From an uncultured Alphaproteobacteria bacterium (lineage in GTDB: Bacteria; Pseudomonadota; Alphaproteobacteria; Sphingomonadales; Sphingomonadaceae): a DNA stretch of 64,000 bases. The DNA is taken from contig CAVYKA010000005.1 in assembly GCA_963768995.1 (NCBI GenBank), forward strand, positions 17,513 through 81,512, written 5' to 3'. The notes beneath the pieces are model-generated. The model saw only the letters and a list, made by a program, of their open reading frames with translations, was not told where the DNA came from and did not search any database. The translations under genes and the position numbers were made by a program. This document shows positions 56,631 to 64,000 of the stretch, one piece after another (the stretch's first letter is position 1; each line of letters opens with the position of its first letter).

Positions 56631-57332
56631 TCGGCTCGACGATAGCGCCACACCAGGCCCTGGACGAAGGGCGGCCACAGGCTGGTCTCGACCCCGGCGA
56701 GACGCAGGCGGCCCGCCGCCCAGCTGTTGCAGGTGCGGATCGCGCTGGCCTTGCCGGTGGCGCGGTAGAATGCGTCGCCAGGCCCGTAGCCCGGATGGTC
56801 GATGCGCCTTGGCCGTCCATGCTCGTCGAGCGCAAAGTCGCTACGGATCGCCGCCCACAAGCGGCGATATTCCTCCGGCCGCAAGCGGATCTCACGAGCG
56901 GCATATTGCGGGCTCGGCGACATATTCGACGTGCATCACGCGGTTGCCGCCGGTCAGTCCCGACCAGATCGTCCTCGGCTTGATGTCGCGCCAGCGCGGC
57001 GTCTCGAGATAGACGCGCTCCTCGCCCGATCCGAACGCGATCCAGCGCGCGCCGGGCGGCGGCGCGGCGAAATCGCGGCGCGGGATCAGCGGCGCCCAGT
57101 CGAGCCCCTGCGGCGTTGACCGGCAGGATGAGGTCGCGCGTGAATGCCATTGTCGGCGATATAGATGGTGACGCCGCGCTCCGGCTCGCTCCAGCCGCGG
57201 TTGACCGGGACCAGCGAGCCGATCAGCGCGGCCAGCAGATACAGCGCCGGGACCGCGGCGGGCAGCAGCCACCAGCGGCGCAGGATGCACTTCCAGCGCA
57301 CTCGCCGCTGTTCTTCTCCGCCGCCGCGCCAT
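56618..57332 (-). CDS. DUF2459/TIGR02117-like protein (frameshifted)
   Basis: [49 protein letters not shown]. Confidence 0.7.
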
Positions 57333-57430
57333 CACCTGTCTCCGCTTGCCTTGGCCAACCCGTCCCACTAGATGCGCCGTTCGCCGATCAAGCAGACTTT
57401 GCAAAGGGTTTGCAGGCTTTGGCGAACGGT

Positions 57431-57507
57431 CGGGGCGTAGCGCAGCCTGGTAGCGCATCACACTGGGGGTGTGGGGGTCGCTGGTTCGAATCCAGTCGCC
57501 CCGACCA
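57431..57507 (+). tRNA. tRNA-Pro(GGG)
   Basis: CGGGGCGTAGCGCAGCCTGGTAGCGCATCACACTGGGGGTGTGGGGGTCGCTGGTTCGAATCCAGTCGCCCCGACCA; 77 nt. Confidence 0.95.
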
Positions 57508-57537
57508 TCCGGTTCATTTCGAAAGCTTGACCCTCAA

Positions 57538-57879
57538 ATGTCCATGGTCCTCCTGCAATCCACTCCCGCCGCCGGCGCCGAAGCCGGTGGAACCGCCCAA
57601 TTCCTTATCGGAATCGTGCCGTGGCTGCTGGTCTTCGTCATTTTCTACGTGCTGATGATCCGCCCGCAGCAGCGCCGGATGAAGCAGCATCAGGCGGCGA
57701 TCGCGGCAGTCAAGAAGGGCGATGAAGTGGTCACCGGCGGCGGCATCCGCGGCAAGGTGACCAAGGTCAGCGACGATGAAGCCGAGGTCGAGATCGCGTC
57801 CGGCGTCCGGGTGCGCGTGGTCAAGTCGACGCTGACCCACATCATCGGCAGCGGCGCCGCCAAGCCCGCCAACGATTAG
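57538..57879 (+). CDS. yajC: Preprotein translocase subunit YajC
   Basis: IFYVLMIRPQQRR, KGDEVVTGGGIRGKV. Confidence 0.94.
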   Translation: MSMVLLQSTPAAGAEAGGTAQFLIGIVPWLLVFVIFYVLMIRPQQRRMKQHQAAIAAVKKGDEVVTGGGIRGKVTKVSDDEAEVEIASGVRVRVVKSTLTHIIGSGAAKPAND

Positions 57880-57890
57880 GGTCAGGCGAA

Positions 57891-59486
57891 GTGCTCGATT
57901 TTCCGCGCTGGAAAGTGTGGTCGATATGGCTGGTGGTGGCGGTCTGCATCCTGCTTTCCGTGCCAAGCCTGATTTCCGGGACGACGCTGGCCGGTCAGCT
58001 ACCCAGCGTGGTTGCCGCAATATAAGATCAACCTCGGCCTCGATCTCGCCGGCGGCAGCCATCTGCTGTACGAAGCGGATGCCCGCGATGCTGCAGAAGC
58101 AGCGCCTCCAGACGATGGAGGACGCGGTCACGACCGAGCTCCGCCGCACGCCGCGGATCGAGATCGGCGATGTTTCCACCGTCGGCGGCCGCGTTGCCTT
58201 CATGGTTCGCAACCCGGCACAAGTCGATGCGGCGGTCGACGCGCCTGCGCCAGCTGACCCAGCCGTCCGGCCTGACCGCGACTCGCGACTGGGACGTTGC
58301 AGTGGTGAACTCGACCGGGATCGTGCTGACCCCAACCGCGAGCGGATCGGCGCAGGCGATGAAAAATGCGATGACCGTGGCGCGCGACGTCGTTCGCCGC
58401 CGGATCGATCCCGGCGGGACGAAGGAGATTACGGTCATCACCCAGGGCGGCAACCGCTTGCTCGTCCAGGTGCCGGGCGTCGAGGATCCCGAAGCGCTGA
58501 AGGCGCTGATCGGCCAGACCGCGCGGCTCGAGTTCAAGCTGGTCGACCAGTCGGCCAATCCCGACGATGTCCAACAAGGCCGCGCGCCCGCGGGCAGCCA
58601 GGTGCTGCCGATGGCCGACGGCACCGGCTTCATCGCGGTCAAGCGCCGCGTGATGGTCTCCGGCGAGCAGCTGATCGACGCCAAGCAGGGTTATGACCAG
58701 GACGGCCGCGCGGTGGTCGACATCACTTTCAACTCCTCCGGCGCCCGGCGCTTCGGGCGGGTCACGCAAGAGAATGTCAACAAGCCGTTCGCGATCATCC
58801 TCGACGACAAGGTGCTCTCGGCGCCCAACATCAACGAGCCGATCCTTGGCGGACGAGCCCAGATCAGCGGCAACTTCACGGTCCAGACCGCCAACGACCT
58901 CGCGGTCAGCCTCGCCTCGGGCCAGCTGCCGGTGAAACTGAACGTGATCGAGGAACGCACCGTCAGCGCCGAGCTGGGCCGGGATTCGATTCGAAAAGGC
59001 GCCATCGCCAGCGTCGTCGCGACAATCGTGGTGATGCTATTCATGCTCATTACTTATGGCCGCTTCGGCGTTTACGCGAACATCGCGCTGGTGGTGAACG
59101 CGCTCATGATCCTTGGCATCATGGCGCTGTTCAACGCGACCCTGACCTTGCCCGGGATCGCCGGTTTCGTTCTGACCATCGGTGCGGCGGTTGACGCCAA
59201 CGTGCTGATGAACGAGCGCATCCGCGAGGAAATTCGGCGAGGCCGCAGGACCATCGATGCGTTGGAGACCGGCTACAAGGAAGCCTCGACCGCGATTTTC
59301 GATGCCAACATCACCAATACCATCGCCGCGGCGCTGATGATGTATTTCGGTTCGGGTCCCATCCGCGGCTTCGCGGTGGTGCTGCTGATCGGTATCGTCA
59401 CTTCGGTGTTCACTGCGGTCAACTTCACCCGGATGCTGGTCGCCCAATGGGTCCGGCGGACGCGCCCCAAGCAACTCAACATCTGA
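57891..59486 (+). CDS. secD: Protein translocase subunit SecD (frameshifted 5' part)
   Basis: NLGLDLAGG, RRRIDP, LTLPGIAG, AVDANVL, IFDANIT, GPIRGFAV. Confidence 0.94.
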
Positions 59487-59500
59487 CGGGCGATTAGACC

Positions 59501-60454
59501 ATGAAACTTCTCAAGCTGGTTCCCGACAACACCAACATCGACTTCATGCGTTGGCGCAATTGGGCGCTGATGCTGTCGCTGGTAGTGACGATCGGAAGCA
59601 TCGTCCTGATCGGTGTTCGCGGACTCAATCTGGGCATCGACTTCGTCGGCGGCCAGCAGCTGCGCGTCAATTTCGCGCAGCCGGTCGAGCATCGAACAGC
59701 TCCGCGCGCGGGTCGCTACATTGGGAGTTGGCGACGCAACGATCCAGGAATTCGGCGACGGCAAGGGCTATGTCATCCGCCTCCCCAAGCCGGATGGGCC
59801 CGAAGCCGCGGCCAATGCCGTTGTGACCAAAATCCGCGCCTTCCTGCCGACCGCCTATCCGGGCGCCGTGGTCAGCGCCGGCGAATCGGTGTCGGGCAAG
59901 GTTTCCCAAGAGCTCGCCAAGGATGGCGCGCTGGCGATCCTGTTCGCGATGATCGGGATCGCCGCCTATATCTGGATACGCTTCGAATGGCAGTTCGGCG
60001 TCGGCGCTCTCGTGACTCTGTTCCACGACGTCGTGATGACTCTGCGGTTTCTTCGCGCTGACCCAGCTTCCGGTCGATCTCAACGTTGTCGCCGCGTTGC
60101 TCACGATCGTCGGCTATTCGCTCAACGATACCGTCGTCATCTATGATCGGATTCGCGAGAATTTGCGCAAGTTCCGCAAGATGGCGATCATACCGCTGAT
60201 CAACCAGTCGCTCAACGAGACGCTGAGCCGGACGGTCGTCACTTCGCTGTGCGATCCTGCTTGCGCTCGGCGCGCTGCTGATCCTTGGTCCCGACGTCAT
60301 TTTTGGCCTGACCATCGCTATTTTCCTGGGCATGTTCATCGGGACCTTTTCGTCGATCTACATCTCCGCGCCGATGCTGGTGTGGCTCGGCGTGAAGCCC
60401 GATAGTTTCCTTCGCCACGAGGACAGCGACGACCCGCAGCCGCAGGCCGCGTGA
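59501..60454 (+). CDS. secF: Protein translocase subunit SecF (frameshifted)
   Basis: [40 protein letters not shown]. Confidence 0.94.
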
Positions 60455-60555
60455 TGTCGCTTTGCTTTCAAGTTCGGCAAGCCGTTCAGCCTGGGCCAAG
60501 CTTTGCTGGTCCATCCGAGCTTGGCCTGCCCCGGTGCCCACGCTAAGAGGTTCTC

Positions 60556-61468
60556 ATGCTCAAGCTTGTCCGTAACGCCCTGCTGCTTGCCGCGGGTGCC
60601 GCCGCCCTTTCCCTCACCGCTTGCGCATCCAATCGCGCCAAGGGGGATACCGCCTACGTCGCGCGCGACGTCAATTCGCTTTACGCCGCGGCGAAGCGGA
60701 CGATGGACCAGGCCGATTACGAGCGTGCCGCAAAGCTGTTCGACGAGGTCGAGCGCCAGCATCCTTATTCGGCCTGGGCGCGGCGGGCTCAGCTGATGAG
60801 CGCGTTCAATTATTATCTGGCCAAGAAATATAACGAGTCGGTCGGCGCCGCGCGTCGCTTCATCACCATCCACCCGGGCAACCGTGAAGCGCCTTACGCT
60901 CAATATCTCATCGGAATGAGCTATTATCAGCAGATCGAGGACGTCACCCGCGACCAGTCGTCGACCGAACTCGCGTCTGGTGCCTTTGGCGAGTTGATCC
61001 GGCGCTATCCCGAGACGCGCTACGCCGCCGACGCGCGGCGTGAAGCTCGACCTCATCAACGATCATCTCGCCGGCAAGGAAATGGAAATAGGGCGCTTCT
61101 ATCAGCGCTCGGCCAACTGGCTTGCAGCGACCTATCGGTTCCGCAGCGTGGTCGATAAATATCCGCGCAGCAGCCACGTCCCGGAAGCGCTCGAGCGGCT
61201 GGTCGAATCCTATTCCGCGCTCGGGGTTCCCGAAGAGGCGTGGAAGGCTGCGGCAATTCTCGGCAAGAATTATCCGGAATCCTACTGGTACCGGCAGTCG
61301 CTCCGCATCCTGCTCAAGGGCCGCAAGCTCGAAGAGCGCCTGGCGAGCTTGCCCAACGCCGGCCGGACGACGCGCTACAAGCCGGGGTCGGCCCGGGCGC
61401 CCGGACAGCCCGCGGGTCCGAGCGCGACCGACTATCCGGATCTCATCAAGCCGCCGCCACAGAACTAA
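60556..61468 (+). CDS. bamD: Outer membrane assembly lipoprotein BamD
   Basis: LTAC, FDEVERQHPYS, HPGN, DVTRDQ, LAGKEMEIGRFY, EALERLVE; frameshift near 61040. Confidence 0.92.
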
Positions 61469-61493
61469 GCTGCACTAAGCTGCACTAAGCTGC
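61464..61493. repeat. Tandem repeat (ACTAAGCTGC) x3
   Basis: Three perfect 10-bp copies, first overlapping bamD stop codon. Confidence 0.9.
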
Positions 61494-61550
61494 GCGACTG
61501 ATCGAGCGCGAAGCTAGGCAAGCTCACCCGCGCGGCCTATTTCGCGGAGC

Positions 61551-63203
61551 ATGCTGAGCCAGCTTGCAATCACCAACATCGTGCTTGTGGAGCGGCTCGA
61601 GCTTGAGTTCGAGCGCGGCCTGGGCGTGCTCACGGGCGAGACCGGCGCTGGCAAATCGATCCTCCTCGACGCGCTTGGTCTTGCGCTCGGTGCCCGCGCC
61701 GACAGCGCGCTGGTCAGCGCCGGCCAAAGCGAGGGGACGGTCAGTGCCGAGCTCGCCTTGCCTGCCGGGCACCCGTTGTTCGCGGCGCTCGAGGAGCAGG
61801 GGATTTCGACGGAAGCCGGTGAAGCGCTGCTCGTGCGCCGGACGATCAAGGCCGATGGCGGCAGCCGCGCGTTCATCGGAGGCACCGCGGTTCCCGCTTC
61901 CGTGCTTCGAGAGCTTGGCGCGGGCGCGGTCGAAATCCACGGCCAGCACGACGACCGCGGCCTGTTGAACCCCAAGGGCCACCGCGCTTTGCTCGATGCG
62001 TTCGGCAAGCTCGACTGCGGACCGGTCGCCGTCGCCTGGAGCGACGTTCGGCGGCTTGAAGCCGAACTGGACGCGGCGCGCGAGGCGGTCGCGGCAGCGC
62101 AGCGCGACCGCGATTATCTCGAGCATGCCAGCGCCGAGATTGCCGAGCTTGCACCCGAGGAAGGCGAGGAAACACGCCTCGCCGACGAGCGCGCGGCGAT
62201 GCAGGCCGGCGTCAGGGCGGGCGAGGCGCTCGTCGGGCTCGACGAGTTGCTGGGCGGCTCGGACGGCGCGCTCGCGCAATTGCGCCAGGCGGCGCGCAAG
62301 ATCGAGCGCGGCGCGGCCGAGCATCCGCTGCTCGCCGAAGCGCTCGCAGCCCTGGACCGGGCGGTGATCGAAGCGAGCGAAGCCGACGAGCGGATCGCCC
62401 GCGCGGCCGATGCCCTGACGTTCGATCCCGCCCGCCTCGAGCAGGCGGAGGCTCGCCTGTTCGATATCCGCGCGCTCGCCCGCAAGCATCGCGTCGAGCC
62501 CGATGCTTTGGCGGCGCTGGGCGAGCAGATGCGCGCGCAACTTGCGGCGATCGAAGCGGGCGGCGAGAAAGTATCGGGGCTCGAACGCCAGCTGGCCGAC
62601 GCGACGCTGGCTTATCAGGCGGCTGCAGCTGCGCTGAGCGGGCAGCGTCGTGCGGCCGCCTTGAAGCTCGACTCCGCGGTTGCCGCCGAGCTTGCGCCGT
62701 TGAAGCTCGACGCCGCGCGATTTCGGACCGCTATTGCCGCGGCTGAGCCTGGCCCGACGGGCAGCGACCGCGTCGAATTCGAAGTGTCGACCAATCCCGG
62801 AGCGCCGTTCGGCCAGCTGACCCGGATCGCGTCGGGCGGCGAATTGTCGCGCTTCATCCTCGCGCTGAAGGTCGCCCTGGCGGAGGCGGGAAGCGCGGCG
62901 ACGATGATCTTCGATGAAATCGACCGCGGCGTCGGCGGCGCCGTAGCAAGCGCCATCGGCGAGCGGCTGGCGCGCCTCGCGCATCGATCGCAAGTGCTGG
63001 TCGTCACCCACAGCCCGCAGGTCGCGGCGCGGGCCTCGCACCACTACCGCATCGAAAAGAGCCACGGGCCCGAAGGCACGCGGACCAGCGTGCGCAAGCT
63101 GGACGGTCCCGAGCGGCGCGAGGAAATTGCCCGGATGCTGTCGGGCGCATCGGTCACCGACGAAGCCCGCGCGCAGGCGACGCGTCTGCTGGACGCGGCG
63201 TAG
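61551..63203 (+). CDS. recN: DNA repair protein RecN
   Basis: LTGETGAGKSILLDAL, EIHGQHD, ASGGELSR, FDEIDRGVGG, VTHSPQVAA. Confidence 0.96.
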   Translation: MLSQLAITNIVLVERLELEFERGLGVLTGETGAGKSILLDALGLALGARADSALVSAGQSEGTVSAELALPAGHPLFAALEEQGISTEAGEALLVRRTIKADGGSRAFIGGTAVPASVLRELGAGAVEIHGQHDDRGLLNPKGHRALLDAFGKLDCGPVAVAWSDVRRLEAELDAAREAVAAAQRDRDYLEHASAEIAELAPEEGEETRLADERAAMQAGVRAGEALVGLDELLGGSDGALAQLRQAARKIERGAAEHPLLAEALAALDRAVIEASEADERIARAADALTFDPARLEQAEARLFDIRALARKHRVEPDALAALGEQMRAQLAAIEAGGEKVSGLERQLADATLAYQAAAAALSGQRRAAALKLDSAVAAELAPLKLDAARFRTAIAAAEPGPTGSDRVEFEVSTNPGAPFGQLTRIASGGELSRFILALKVALAEAGSAATMIFDEIDRGVGGAVASAIGERLARLAHRSQVLVVTHSPQVAARASHHYRIEKSHGPEGTRTSVRKLDGPERREEIARMLSGASVTDEARAQATRLLDAA

Positions 63204-63211
63204 GGGTACGC

Positions 63212-63910
63212 ATGGCGACGATCGAGCATGCTTACGGCAATGAGGGTTTCGCGAGTGAGCTGATCGCCGCATCCAACGCACCGCGCCCGACGGTGATCCT
63301 GTTCCCGACCGTCGCCGGCATCTCGAAGCTCGAGCTCGGATTCGCCCAGCAGCTCGCCGACGCCGGCTATAACGGCTTTTGCGCCGACCTTTACGGCAAG
63401 CAATTTCGCGGCTGCGACCGCAAGGCCGGGGCCGAGCAGATGAAGCGCCTGAGCGCGAACCGCGGCGACCTGCGCAAGCGCCTGCTGGTCGTGGCCGACA
63501 CCGCTCGCGCCCAAAGCGAGTGCGACGGCCGAATCGCGGCCATCGGCTTTTGCTTCGGCGGCCTGTGCGCGCTCGACCTCGCGCGCAGCGGCGCCGATGT
63601 CGCTGGCGTGGCGAGCTTCCACGGCCTGTTCGACCCGCCCGGCCTGCCGCCGCAGCCGATCGCGGCGAAAGTCATCGCGTTCCACGGCTGGGACGACCCG
63701 ATGGTTCCGCCGGCCAAGGTCGTCGCGCTCGGCGCCGAGCTGACCCGCGCCGGTTGCGACTGGCAAATCCACGCCTTCGGCGGAACGGTCCACGGCTTCA
63801 CCAACGCCGATGCCGACAAGATCGGCAATCCGGCGGTCCGCTACAGCCCCGACGCGACCCGCCGCAGCTGGCAGATGCTCGAGCGTTTCCTCGAAGAGCT
63901 GTTCGGGTGA
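63212..63910 (+). CDS. Dienelactone hydrolase family protein
   Basis: GFCFGG nucleophile, SFHG, HGWDDP, HGFTN. Confidence 0.9.
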   Translation: MATIEHAYGNEGFASELIAASNAPRPTVILFPTVAGISKLELGFAQQLADAGYNGFCADLYGKQFRGCDRKAGAEQMKRLSANRGDLRKRLLVVADTARAQSECDGRIAAIGFCFGGLCALDLARSGADVAGVASFHGLFDPPGLPPQPIAAKVIAFHGWDDPMVPPAKVVALGAELTRAGCDWQIHAFGGTVHGFTNADADKIGNPAVRYSPDATRRSWQMLERFLEELFG

Positions 63911-64000
63911 CGGCCTATGTCGCAATGCTGCGCGGGGTGAACGTTGCCGGGACCAGCAAATTGACGATGGTCGACCTCAGGGCAATCGGAAAGGAGTGCG
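63907..64000 (+). CDS. DUF1697-family protein, 5' fragment
   Basis: MTAYVAMLRGVNVAG...M.DLR; runs off window. Confidence 0.7.
   Translation, partial: MTAYVAMLRGVNVAGTSKLTMVDLRAIGKEC

Noticed and set aside
57431-57540. Integrative element at tRNA-Pro
   Set aside because: yajC follows 30 nt later; no inserted DNA
61464-61493. CRISPR array
   Set aside because: 10-bp contiguous repeats without spacers; no cas genes in window

Overview
High-GC alphaproteobacterial chromosome segment, most consistent with a Sphingomonadaceae genome (gene order, MucR/Ros, PrsK/PrsR, sphingomonad-type palindromes). It is mostly core genes: a valine-degradation operon with an embedded PHA synthase; the nifU-tsaB-rimI-mucR-fur-plsC-miaB-phoH-ybeY-corC-lnt-metK-trmB block; rimP-nusA-infB-rbfA-truB-rpsO-pnp; tRNA-Ala(CGC); prsK-prsR; hslV-hslU; tRNA-Pro(GGG)-yajC-secD-secF; bamD-recN. 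Many essential genes carry small frameshifts (densest about 16-27 kb, none seen about 32-39 kb). I read these as uncorrected long-read errors, so several boundaries are reconstructed across frames. Most notable: (1) a stand-alone phage-type lysis cassette (GH108 muramidase, 2-TM holin candidate, Rz-like i-spanin with an embedded +1-frame Rz1-like lipoprotein) with no other phage genes, a candidate holin/muramidase secretion or GTA-release module; (2) a candidate ~120-nt sRNA behind a GGAAC-N17-CGTT (EcfG/sigmaT-type) promoter with C-rich loops; (3) phaC translationally coupled inside the valine catabolic operon; (4) a circularly permuted, probably exported D-amino-acid-oxidase-like gene splitting hslV-hslU; (5) a membrane-anchored J-domain protein with HPD changed to HPV.
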